DNA of 64,000 nucleotides from Actinomycetota bacterium (GTDB lineage Bacteria; Actinomycetota; UBA4738; HRBIN12), in contig JBGGNG010000057.1 in the NCBI GenBank assembly GCA_041287635.1, positions 54,062 through 118,061 on the forward strand, read 5' to 3'. The notes under the pieces are model-generated. The model did not search any database. It was not told the DNA's origin and worked only from the letters and a program-made list of their open reading frames with translations. Below are positions 37,151-45,568 of the stretch, one piece after another (within the stretch, counting starts at the first letter, position 1; the number at the start of each line of letters is the position of its first letter). Both the position numbers and the translations under genes were made by a program.

Positions 37151-38247
37151 GGGTCGTGATGAGTGGTGGTGGCACCGCCGGTCACGTCTTCCCCGCCGTG
37201 GCGGTCGCCGAACGACTGCGCGAGCGCGGTCACGACGTGCGCTTCATCGGGTCCGCAACCGGACAGGAAGCGACGCTCGTCCCCGACGCGGGGTTCCCGT
37301 TCGTGCCCGTGCGGGTGGCCTCGGCGCAGACTCGCGTCTCGCTCCAGACGGCCAAGGCCCTCTGGATGTCGCTCGTCGCCGCACGCGCCGTGCGTCCCAT
37401 CGTGAGGGCGGCCGACGTGGTCGTCGGTATCGGGGGATATGCGAGCGCACCCGCGATCGTGGCTGCGCGCCGGGTGCGGACCCCGATCGTGCTGATCGAG
37501 CAGAACGGCGTGCCGGGCGTGGTCAATCGCGTCGCGGCCCGATGGGCGGTCGCTGTCGCCACGACCTTCGAGGCGACGGCGTCTCGGCTGCCTTCGGGCA
37601 CCCGAGTCCTGCGCACCGGCAATCCCGTCCGTCGCGAGATCGCCGACGTCGCTGCCTCTCGCGCCGATCGCCGAGCCGAAGCGCTCCGCGCGTTCGCGCT
37701 CGACGACGATCGTCGTACGGTGTCGGTGTTCGGTGGGAGCCAGGGGGCTCGCCAGCTCGACCGGACGGTCGCGGCGGCGATCGGAGATCTCCGCGGTCGC
37801 GACGACATCCAGTTGCTCGTCGCGACCGGCGCCGCCCATGTCGACGAGGTCGCACCGGCAGCAGCGGACCCCGGCGACCTGCTCGTGCGCGTGGAAGGGT
37901 TCATCGACCGCATGGATCTCGCCCTCGCGGTCACCGACCTCGCCGTTGCGAGGGCGGGGTCGGGCACGGTGTCGGAGCTCGCGGTCTGCGGGGTGCCGTC
38001 GATCCTCGTGCCGTACCCCTACGCCACCGAGCACCATCAGGAGGCCAACGGCCGCGAGGTGGAGCGCGCAGGGGGGGCCGAGGTCGTGATCGAGGCGGCA
38101 CTTACGCCGACGGCCTTCGCCGAGCGGGTCACGGCGCTCCTCGACGACGAGCCTCGGCGTGCCGCGATGGCGGCGGCGATGCTCGAGTGGGCACGTCCCG
38201 ACGCCGACGAGCGTATCGCGGACCTCGTGACGGAGGTCGCCGCATGA
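37147..38247 (+). CDS. murG: UDP-GlcNAc:undecaprenyl-PP-MurNAc-pentapeptide GlcNAc transferase
   Basis: MSGGGTAGHVFPAVAVAE (G-loop); GTG/ATG start region overlaps the ftsW stop. Confidence 0.85.
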   Translation: MRVVMSGGGTAGHVFPAVAVAERLRERGHDVRFIGSATGQEATLVPDAGFPFVPVRVASAQTRVSLQTAKALWMSLVAARAVRPIVRAADVVVGIGGYASAPAIVAARRVRTPIVLIEQNGVPGVVNRVAARWAVAVATTFEATASRLPSGTRVLRTGNPVRREIADVAASRADRRAEALRAFALDDDRRTVSVFGGSQGARQLDRTVAAAIGDLRGRDDIQLLVATGAAHVDEVAPAAADPGDLLVRVEGFIDRMDLALAVTDLAVARAGSGTVSELAVCGVPSILVPYPYATEHHQEANGREVERAGGAEVVIEAALTPTAFAERVTALLDDEPRRAAMAAAMLEWARPDADERIADLVTEVAA

Positions 38248-39674
38248 GGTCGTACGCGCCGCCCTCGGGAAGCATCCCCACGCTCCCCGTGCCGAGTCTC
38301 GTCGGGGTCCGGTCCGTGCACATGATCGGCGTCGGGGGGGCGGGCATGCGCAACCTCGCCCGTCTGCTGCTCGCCCGGGGCATCGAGGTGCGTGGTTCCG
38401 ACATGAAGGACTCGAAAGGGTTGCGCGAACTGGTCGAGCCCGGCGCCGAGGTGTGGGTGGGTCACGATCCCACGCGGCTCGGCGCCCCCGACGCGGTGAT
38501 CATCTCGAGCGCGATCGGCGACGCGAACCCGGAGCTGCGGGGGGCTCGGGAGCGCGAACTGCCCGTGTGGGCGCGGCAGCAGGCGCTGGCGGCGCTCGCC
38601 GCCGGGCATCGCGCCGTGGCCGTCGCCGGCACACACGGCAAAACGACCACCACCTCGATGATCGCGGTGGTCCTCGAACGGTGTGGACTCGATCCCAGCT
38701 ACTTGATCGGGGGCGACCTCAACGAGAGCGGCAGCGGCGCGCGGAGCGGAGCCGGTGACGTCTTCGTCTTCGAGGCCGACGAGAGCGATGGGTCGTTCCT
38801 GCTCGCACGTCCCGACGTCGGAGTCGTCACGAACGTGGATGTCGATCACGTCGACTTCTACCCGGGCGGTCGCGAGGAGATCGAAGCCGCGTTCGGTACG
38901 TTCGTCACCGGCTGCGAACGCGTCGTGGCGTGCGGCGACGACCCCGGCGTCCGATCCGTGCTCGAGGATGCCGGCGTCCGGGCGATCCGCTACGGCGTCG
39001 GTCGAGACAACGACCTCGTGGTCTCGGTCGACGAGCTCGGTCCCGATGGCGCGGCCGGGCGCATCCACGACGCCGATGGCGCCGAGTCGACCCTGCGGCT
39101 GCGCGTGGACGGTGCCCACAATCTGATGAACGCTGCTGCGGCGGTCGGCGTCGCGACCCTGCTGGGGCTTCCGCTCGACGCCGCCGCGGCCGCCGTCGGC
39201 GCGTACGACGGCGTGCACCGCCGGTTCGAACGGCGTGGCCGGGCGCGCGGTGCCGACTTCTTCGACGACTACGGACACACGCCGACCGAGATGGCGGTCA
39301 CGATCGAGACGGCCCGGCGTCGACGGCCCGCACGGTTGATCGCGCTGGTGCAGCCGCACCGCTACTCGCGGGTGCAGGCGCTCTGGCGCGAGCTCGGCGA
39401 GAGCGTCGCCGGCGCCGATCTCGTGCTCGTGACCGATGTGTACGGCGCCGCTCAGGAGCCGATCCCCGGCGTGACCGGGAGGCTCGTGGTCGACGGCGTC
39501 GAGATGGCGTCGCCCTCGACCCCCGTCGTGTACCTGCCTCACCGCGCCGAGGTGATCGACTTCCTGGATCGAGAGGTGCGCGAAGGCGACCTCGTCGTGA
39601 CGATGGGCTGCGGCGACGTGTGGATGCTGGCCGACGCGGCGGTCGAGCGGCTCGGAGGAGGACGCGAGCCATGA
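38244..39674 (+). CDS. murC: UDP-N-acetylmuramate--L-alanine ligase
   Basis: ATG overlaps the murG stop (ATGA); HMIGVGGAGM, GTHGKTTTTSM. Confidence 0.85.
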   Translation: MRSYAPPSGSIPTLPVPSLVGVRSVHMIGVGGAGMRNLARLLLARGIEVRGSDMKDSKGLRELVEPGAEVWVGHDPTRLGAPDAVIISSAIGDANPELRGARERELPVWARQQALAALAAGHRAVAVAGTHGKTTTTSMIAVVLERCGLDPSYLIGGDLNESGSGARSGAGDVFVFEADESDGSFLLARPDVGVVTNVDVDHVDFYPGGREEIEAAFGTFVTGCERVVACGDDPGVRSVLEDAGVRAIRYGVGRDNDLVVSVDELGPDGAAGRIHDADGAESTLRLRVDGAHNLMNAAAAVGVATLLGLPLDAAAAAVGAYDGVHRRFERRGRARGADFFDDYGHTPTEMAVTIETARRRRPARLIALVQPHRYSRVQALWRELGESVAGADLVLVTDVYGAAQEPIPGVTGRLVVDGVEMASPSTPVVYLPHRAEVIDFLDREVREGDLVVTMGCGDVWMLADAAVERLGGGREP

Positions 39675-40600
39675 GTGACATCGCCCGGGCGGAGGCGATC
39701 CTGCGCGCGGCATGCGGCGACCGGGTTCGCGCCTCCTTCGCGATGGCACCGCTCACGACGTTCCGGATCGGCGGGTCCGCGGCCCTGTACCTGGAGCCCG
39801 AGTCCGAGGCCGACCTCGCCGCCGCCGCGCAGGCGGTTGCGGAGGGCGAGATCGCGTTCGTCGTGATCGGGAAGGGATCGAACGTCCTCGTCTCCGATCG
39901 CGGGTTCGACGGCCTCGTGATCCGCCTGGGGCGCGGATACCGGTGGGCGGCGCGGGACGGGGATCGCCTCACCGCGGGTGGATCGATGCCCCTCCCCGCG
40001 CTGGCGGGCGTCGCGCTTCGGCACGCGCTCGAGGGCCTGGCCTTCGGCGTGGCGATCCCGGCCACGCTCGGGGGAGCGGTGAAGATGAACGCCGGCGCCC
40101 ACGGGGGACAGATGGCCGACGTCCTCGTCGACATCGAGGTCTTCCGACTTGAGGACGGGCGCGTGGATCGCGTGCCCGCGGCGGCGGCCGGATTCTCCTA
40201 TCGCCACTCGGAGCTCCCCTCGGATGCCGTCGTGACGGGCGCCCGGTTCGAGCTCCGGCCGGGGGATCCGCCCCTGATCCGGGCCGCGATGGACGAGGCC
40301 CGCGAGTGGAGGAGACGCACCCAGCCGCTCGCCGAGCCGAACTGTGGAAGCGTGTTCAAGAACCCGGTCGACGGACATGCCGCGCGATCGATCGAGGAAG
40401 CCGGGTTGAAGGGAACCCGGGTCGGCGGCGCGCAGATCTCTGTCAAGCACGCGAACTTCATCATCGCTGACGAAGGGGCCCGCGCGGACGACGTCCTGAC
40501 GCTGATCGACCTGGTGCGCCAGACGGTGCAGGCCCACAGCGGCATCGTGCTCGAGCCCGAGGTCCAGCTGATCGGGGGGTTCGATCGTGTCAGCGGATGA
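39671..40600 (+). CDS. murB: UDP-N-acetylenolpyruvoylglucosamine reductase
   Basis: ATG overlaps the murC stop; FAD-binding PCMH domain (LTTFRIGGSAALY, IGKGSNVLV) and a C-terminal MurB domain. Confidence 0.85.
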   Translation: MSDIARAEAILRAACGDRVRASFAMAPLTTFRIGGSAALYLEPESEADLAAAAQAVAEGEIAFVVIGKGSNVLVSDRGFDGLVIRLGRGYRWAARDGDRLTAGGSMPLPALAGVALRHALEGLAFGVAIPATLGGAVKMNAGAHGGQMADVLVDIEVFRLEDGRVDRVPAAAAGFSYRHSELPSDAVVTGARFELRPGDPPLIRAAMDEAREWRRRTQPLAEPNCGSVFKNPVDGHAARSIEEAGLKGTRVGGAQISVKHANFIIADEGARADDVLTLIDLVRQTVQAHSGIVLEPEVQLIGGFDRVSG

Positions 40601-41486
40601 GCACCGCGCAGCCCATCTGCCCGGGGGTCCCGACCCGTCGTCGAACACATCTGCCTCGGCGGTGTCGCCGCCCCACATCATGGACGAGGAACGTCGGCGC
40701 CGCCTCCGCCCGTGGGCGATCGCCGGGGCGACGGCCGTCGCGCTGGTGACCGGAACCGTCGCCCTCAGCTATACCCCTGCGTTCGGAGCACGAGTCGTCG
40801 AGGTCGAGGGTGAGGAGCGCCTCGCCCCGCGCCAGGTGATGCGCCTGGCCGGCGTGGACCGCGGCACGAACGTCTTCCACCTCGACACGACCCTCGCAGA
40901 GTCTCGACTTGAGGCAGAGCCATGGATCCTCGATGCCACGGTCGCCACGAGCCTGCCGGGTACGATCACGATCTCGGTCAGGGAGCGGACACCTGTGCTC
41001 ATCCTCGTCACGGACGAGACGAGGCGGCTGGTCGCCGGCGACGGCACCGAGCTCGGGCGCGCGGTGCGAGGTTCCGTCTTCCCCGAGGTGACCGCGACGC
41101 TCGGGTCCACGATCGGAAGCACGGAGATCGAGGCCGCGGGAGAGGTCGTGCAGGCGATGTCCCCAGAGCTGCGTGCGCGCATCGACTCGATCACGGTGGC
41201 GCAGGACGGCACGATCACCCTCCTCGTCGACGGCGACGTGGAGGTCAGATACGGCACCGTGCACGACACCACGGCGAAGTCCCAGGCGCTCCGCGCGATC
41301 CTGCGCTACGCCGACGAGGAGGGGGGAGATCTGCTCTCCGTGGACCTGTCTGCCACCGCGGCGCCGACGGCGAGATTCGTCGGATCACAACAGCCGCTCT
41401 CGGTGCCCGACCCCTCTGCGGACGTGCCCGCCACCGTGGACGGGGTCGAGGACGATGCCCACGCGTCCCCATCTCCGTCACCTTGA
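40587..41486 (+). CDS. ftsQ: cell division protein FtsQ/DivIB
   Basis: TM helix then POTRA-like domain (VVEVEGEERLAPRQVMRLAGV); position between murB and ftsZ; start could alternatively be the ATG at ~40680. Confidence 0.7.
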   Translation: MSADEHRAAHLPGGPDPSSNTSASAVSPPHIMDEERRRRLRPWAIAGATAVALVTGTVALSYTPAFGARVVEVEGEERLAPRQVMRLAGVDRGTNVFHLDTTLAESRLEAEPWILDATVATSLPGTITISVRERTPVLILVTDETRRLVAGDGTELGRAVRGSVFPEVTATLGSTIGSTEIEAAGEVVQAMSPELRARIDSITVAQDGTITLLVDGDVEVRYGTVHDTTAKSQALRAILRYADEEGGDLLSVDLSATAAPTARFVGSQQPLSVPDPSADVPATVDGVEDDAHASPSPSP

Positions 41487-41534
41487 CGCGGCTGGAACTG
41501 TCATCGACCGAGACAGTCGGGACCAACTCTCGAC

Positions 41535-41678
41535 TTGACGGACCTGCTGAGACTTAGTAACTTGCCGGACTCTACGTCATGTAGATATGACAATAACACT
41601 ATAGTTTACGGTTACGGTTTGGTGGAAGGTACGGCATTTCCCCAGGTAGAGCGAGCCTCGGCTCGCGGAGGAAGACAG
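41535..41678 (+). promoter_or_regulatory. AT-rich ftsZ upstream region with candidate promoters (TTGACG-17-TAACTT at 41535-41563; TATAGT at 41601) and a TTACGG direct repeat
   Basis: Local AT-rich island in a 70% GC background, ending in GGAGGAAGACAG-ATG (ftsZ RBS). Confidence 0.4.
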
Positions 41679-42851
41679 ATGGACGTTCCCCAGAACTACC
41701 TCGCCGTCATCAAGGTGGTCGGGATCGGTGGCGGCGGCGTGAACGCGGTGAACCGCATGATCGAGGCGGGCCTGCGGGGCGTCGAGTTCATCGCCGTCAA
41801 CACCGACGCGCAGACCCTGCTGATGTCCGACGCGGAGGTGAAGCTCGACATCGGACGCGAGACGACCCGTGGACTGGGGGCCGGCTCCGACCCCGAGGTC
41901 GGCAAGAACGCCTCCACGGAGCATGCCGATGAGATCGAGGAGATCCTCAAGGGCGCCGACATGGTCTTCATCACCGCCGGCGAAGGTGGCGGCACCGGGA
42001 CCGGTGGCGCGCCCGTGGTCGCCGAGGTTGCCCGCGGACTCGGGGCGCTGACGATCGGTGTCGTGACCCGTCCCTTCGGCTTCGAAGGTCGCAAGCGCGC
42101 GACCCAGGCCGACCTCGGCATCACCGAGCTCAAGAAGGCGGTCGACACGCTGATCGTCGTGCCGAACGACCGTCTGCTCCAGGTTGCCGATCCCAACATG
42201 CCGATGGTCGAGGCTTTCCGCATGGCCGACCAGGTGCTGTTCCAGGGCGTCGACGGCATCACGTCGTTGATCACGACGCCGGGCCTCATCAACCTCGACT
42301 TCGCCGACGTGAAGTCGGTCATGTCGGGCGCGGGGTCGGCCCTGATGGGCATCGGCCTCGGATCGGGCGCCGACCGGGCGACCGAGGCGTCGAAGGCCGC
42401 CATCAGCTCTCCGTTGCTCGAGAGCTCGATCGACGGCGCGAAGGGGGTCCTGCTTTCGATCGCGGGCCCGACCGACCTGACCCTGCACGAGGTGAACCAG
42501 GCGGCCGACGCGATCACGAAGGTCGCTCACCCCGACGCGAACATCATCTTCGGAGCCGTCGTCGACGACGCACTGGGCGAGGAGGTCCGCGTCACGGTGG
42601 TCGCGGCGGGCTTCGACAAGGTGGCCCCGAGCACGACGGGCAGCAACCAGTTCGAGTCACGCCTCTCGCGTCTGCTCGAGGAGCCGGTGCGCGGCGAAGG
42701 AGAGGAGACCCGCGAGCCGCTCCCGTCGATCCTGGCCGACGCGGGCGACGACGAGAACGACGTCTTCACCACCGGCGAGCACGAATCGCAGCCGTCGGTG
42801 TCGTTCGATGCCGAGGAGGATCTCGATATCCCGGACTTCCTGAAGAGCTGA
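41679..42851 (+). CDS. ftsZ: cell division GTPase FtsZ
   Basis: [17 protein letters not shown] tubulin signature and a C-terminal DIPDFL peptide; no ftsA follows, as usual in Actinobacteria. Confidence 0.95.
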   Translation: MDVPQNYLAVIKVVGIGGGGVNAVNRMIEAGLRGVEFIAVNTDAQTLLMSDAEVKLDIGRETTRGLGAGSDPEVGKNASTEHADEIEEILKGADMVFITAGEGGGTGTGGAPVVAEVARGLGALTIGVVTRPFGFEGRKRATQADLGITELKKAVDTLIVVPNDRLLQVADPNMPMVEAFRMADQVLFQGVDGITSLITTPGLINLDFADVKSVMSGAGSALMGIGLGSGADRATEASKAAISSPLLESSIDGAKGVLLSIAGPTDLTLHEVNQAADAITKVAHPDANIIFGAVVDDALGEEVRVTVVAAGFDKVAPSTTGSNQFESRLSRLLEEPVRGEGEETREPLPSILADAGDDENDVFTTGEHESQPSVSFDAEEDLDIPDFLKS

Positions 42852-42888
42852 GCGAGCACACCCGCTCCGCGCGGCCCCGTGTGGGCGT

Positions 42889-42959
42889 GGGGGCGGGGAG
42901 GTTCCGACGCGAGGAGGCGCCCTTCCCCCGCCTCTTGGCCGAGAGACCTCCCCGCCCCC
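42889..42959 (+). terminator. GC-rich hairpin downstream of ftsZ (14-bp perfect stem GGGGGCGGGGAGGT / ACCTCCCCGCCCCC, ~43-nt loop with secondary pairing)
   Basis: Inverted repeat read directly; no T-tract, as is common for actinobacterial terminators. Confidence 0.45.
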
Positions 42960-43020
42960 GTTCTCGTTCCGTGGCGATTCGCCTCGCCGACCGATCGCCC
43001 TCGCATGACACGATGACGGC

Positions 43021-43731
43021 ATGACCGTCGGGCGAGACGAGGTCGCGCACAACCTGCATGGGATCCAGGCCGCGATCGAACGCGCCTGCGATCGGGCCTC
43101 GCGGGACCCCGGGTCGATCCTGTTGGTGGCGGCCGCGAAGACCCAACCGGTCGAAGCGATCCGATGGGTGGTCGAGGCCGGGGTCACGGCCGTCGGGGAG
43201 AACTACGTTCGAGAGCTGCGCGACGTTCGCGATGCGGTGCCCGGTGCCCGGTGGCATTACATCGGTGCGTTGCAGACGAACTCCGCCCATCACGTGGCCG
43301 CCCTCGCCGACGTCGTGGAGACTGTCTCCGGTGAGCGGGGGACGATGCGGCTCGGACGCCGTGCCGCCGGCCTCGGACGCACCCTCGACGTCCTGATCGA
43401 GGTGGACTTCACCGACTCGAGAGTGGGGGTGTCACCCGACGACGCAGCTCCGTTCGCCGACCTCGTCGCCGGGCTCGAGGGGCTCCGCCTGCGGGGCCTC
43501 ATGACGATCGCGCCGATCGGGGAGAGCGCCGAAGACGCCAGGCCGTGGTTCCGCAGGCTCCGAGAGCTGCGGGATGCCATCCGAGAGAACCATCCCGACG
43601 TGGTGGACTTGAGCATGGGGATGTCGTTGGATTACGAAGCTGCAGTAGAGGAAGGCGCTACGATGGTTCGCATCGGAACGGCGCTGTTCGGCCCCCGGGA
43701 TCGCCCGAGGGATCCGGGCGGAGCGCCGTGA
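43021..43731 (+). CDS. yggS: YggS-family pyridoxal-phosphate homeostasis protein
   Basis: VAAAKTQPVEAIRWVVEAGVTAVGENYVRE...MGMSLDYEAAVEEGATMVRIGTALFG, alanine-racemase-N fold. Confidence 0.8.
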   Translation: MTVGRDEVAHNLHGIQAAIERACDRASRDPGSILLVAAAKTQPVEAIRWVVEAGVTAVGENYVRELRDVRDAVPGARWHYIGALQTNSAHHVAALADVVETVSGERGTMRLGRRAAGLGRTLDVLIEVDFTDSRVGVSPDDAAPFADLVAGLEGLRLRGLMTIAPIGESAEDARPWFRRLRELRDAIRENHPDVVDLSMGMSLDYEAAVEEGATMVRIGTALFGPRDRPRDPGGAP

Positions 43732-43759
43732 GACGACCGATGACACGAGAGGAACGGAG

Positions 43760-44230
43760 ATGGCCGGCGTGTGGAAGAAGACGCTGAACTACCTGGGGCT
43801 CGTCGAGGAGGACGAGGATTTCGTCGACGACATGCCCGAGGCCGACCCGGCGCCGGTGCGACGCATGCGTCCGCAGGCGGTCCGTGAGGTTCCTGCCGAA
43901 GCCGAGGGGGTCGTGCGCACGATCGCGTCGCCGCGCCCCGTGTCCACGGGCATGAGCTCGATCCACAAGTCCGAGCCGAAGCGGTTCAACGAGGCCCGGG
44001 AGGTCGCCGACCGGTTCAAGGACGGCACGGCCGTGATCATGAACCTGCAGTCGACCGAGGACTCGATCGCGCGCCGCCTGGTCGACTTCGCGAGCGGGCT
44101 CGTCTACGGACTCGACGGCAAGATCGAGCTGGTCGCGAACCGCGTGTACCTGCTCAGCCCCGCCGATGTGGAGGTCTCTGCCGAGGAACGCGAACGCCTC
44201 GCCGGCACCGGCTTCTACAACCAGTTCTGA
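43760..44230 (+). CDS. sepF: cell division protein SepF
   Basis: MAGVWKKTLNYLGLVEED... N-terminal amphipathic helix and a conserved SepF C-domain (GTAVIMNL...RLVDFASGLVYGLDGKIE). Confidence 0.85.
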   Translation: MAGVWKKTLNYLGLVEEDEDFVDDMPEADPAPVRRMRPQAVREVPAEAEGVVRTIASPRPVSTGMSSIHKSEPKRFNEAREVADRFKDGTAVIMNLQSTEDSIARRLVDFASGLVYGLDGKIELVANRVYLLSPADVEVSAEERERLAGTGFYNQF

Positions 44231-44285
44231 ACCACGGCCAGGGCGTCGACCCGGCTCCCGCCCCTGCTGTTAGCCTCTCGACCCG

Positions 44286-44546
44286 ATGAACAGGCTCATC
44301 TGCGTCGCGCTCACGCTCGCCTGGGTGATCCTGCTCGTGCGGGTCATCTTGAGCTGGGTGCAGCTCGCCGGATGGCACCCGCCCGCCACCGGTCCGCTAC
44401 GCTCCGCTTACGAGCTCTTGTTCGACGTGACCGAGCCGCCGCTGCGACTGCTTCGTCGCATCATCCCCCCGGCGGGTATGTTCGACCTCTCGGTCGTGGT
44501 GGCCTTCATCATCATCTTCGTGTTGCAGACTGCGATCTGCCGCTGA
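44286..44546 (+). CDS. yggT: YggT-family membrane protein
   Basis: 86 aa with two TM helices, conserved position between sepF and divIVA. Confidence 0.7.
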   Translation: MNRLICVALTLAWVILLVRVILSWVQLAGWHPPATGPLRSAYELLFDVTEPPLRLLRRIIPPAGMFDLSVVVAFIIIFVLQTAICR

Positions 44547-44559
44547 CCAGGAGGGGTTC

Positions 44560-45336
44560 ATGGGCAAGAAGGACACAGGACTGGGCGAGGCGGTCGCCGC
44601 ACCGTCGCGGCTCAGCCCCGCCGACATCCAGCAGAAGGAGTTCCGCGTCTCGCGCTTCGGCGGCTACAAGATGCGCGACGTCGACGAGTTCCTCGACCAG
44701 ATCACGGACTCGTTCACCGCGCTGACGAGTGACGTCGACCGCCTGCGAGCAAGTGGTGCCTCGCCCGTCGTCGGCTCGCCGGATCTCGGCGACGTCGCCC
44801 GTCAGGCCGACGAGATCATCGCGAGGGCTCGAGCCGAGGCGGCCCGGATCGTCGCGGAGGCTCGCACGACCGCGGCGTCGACGTCCGCCGCGGCCCCGAA
44901 CGGGCCCCAGGACAAGGCCGCCGTCAACGCCTTCATCGCTCGGGAGCGTGAGTTCCTCCAGTCGCTCGCCGGGCTCGTGCAGGAGCATGCCGAGACGGTC
45001 AAGGGTATGGCGAAGTCCGCGCGGTCGGGTCCCGAGGCGCCGGCAGCGGATGCCTCCGGACCAGGATCGTCGCGGACGGCGGAGCAGGCGCAGTCCGGTT
45101 CGACGGGTACATCCCCCGTAGCAGCAGCGGCGGCAGCATCCACGTCGCCTCCTGCCCCCTCGACCCCTGCCGCGCCGTCGCCTGTTGCGCCCGAGGCGAC
45201 GGCGGAGCCCACCCGGGTGCCCGAGAGCGACGACACCGTCCGCATCGAGGAGCCGGCCACGGCCGGCGCCACCCGTGGTGACGCCGAGCCTGAAGGTGAT
45301 CGCTCGCTCCGCGAGCTCTTCTGGGGCGAGGACTGA
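44560..45336 (+). CDS. divIVA: DivIVA-domain protein (Wag31-like)
   Basis: LSPADIQQKEFRVSRFGGYKMRDVDEFLDQI DivIVA N-domain, coiled-coil, Ala/Pro-rich C-terminus. Confidence 0.85.
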   Translation: MGKKDTGLGEAVAAPSRLSPADIQQKEFRVSRFGGYKMRDVDEFLDQITDSFTALTSDVDRLRASGASPVVGSPDLGDVARQADEIIARARAEAARIVAEARTTAASTSAAAPNGPQDKAAVNAFIAREREFLQSLAGLVQEHAETVKGMAKSARSGPEAPAADASGPGSSRTAEQAQSGSTGTSPVAAAAAASTSPPAPSTPAAPSPVAPEATAEPTRVPESDDTVRIEEPATAGATRGDAEPEGDRSLRELFWGED

Positions 45337-45392
45337 CGAGACCGGAGGGCGACGACCGCCGGTACGGGCGCGACGTCGCGGGCCGCTACCTC

Positions 45393-45568
45393 GTGGCGCT
45401 CGGCTTCGGGGCCCTCTGCATGGTGAGCCTGGCCCTGGGCATGGCGATCGAGCGCGGTGCGGCGCTCGTCGGGCTCGCGATCGTCGCCGGTTCGATCGCG
45501 CTCGTCGCCCTCGCCGACGGAACGCTCAGGCGCGTGCGGGCGAGGCGTAGTCCGCGCGCCGCACGGTG
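45393..45568 (+). CDS. possible small two-helix membrane protein downstream of divIVA (weak call)
   Basis: Frame +1 relative to ORF 45185..45550: (V)ALGFGALCMVSLALGMAIERGAALVGLAIVAGSIALVALADGTLRRVRARRSPRAAR; its 3' end overlaps the convergent ileS 3' end by ~40 nt. Confidence 0.2.
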
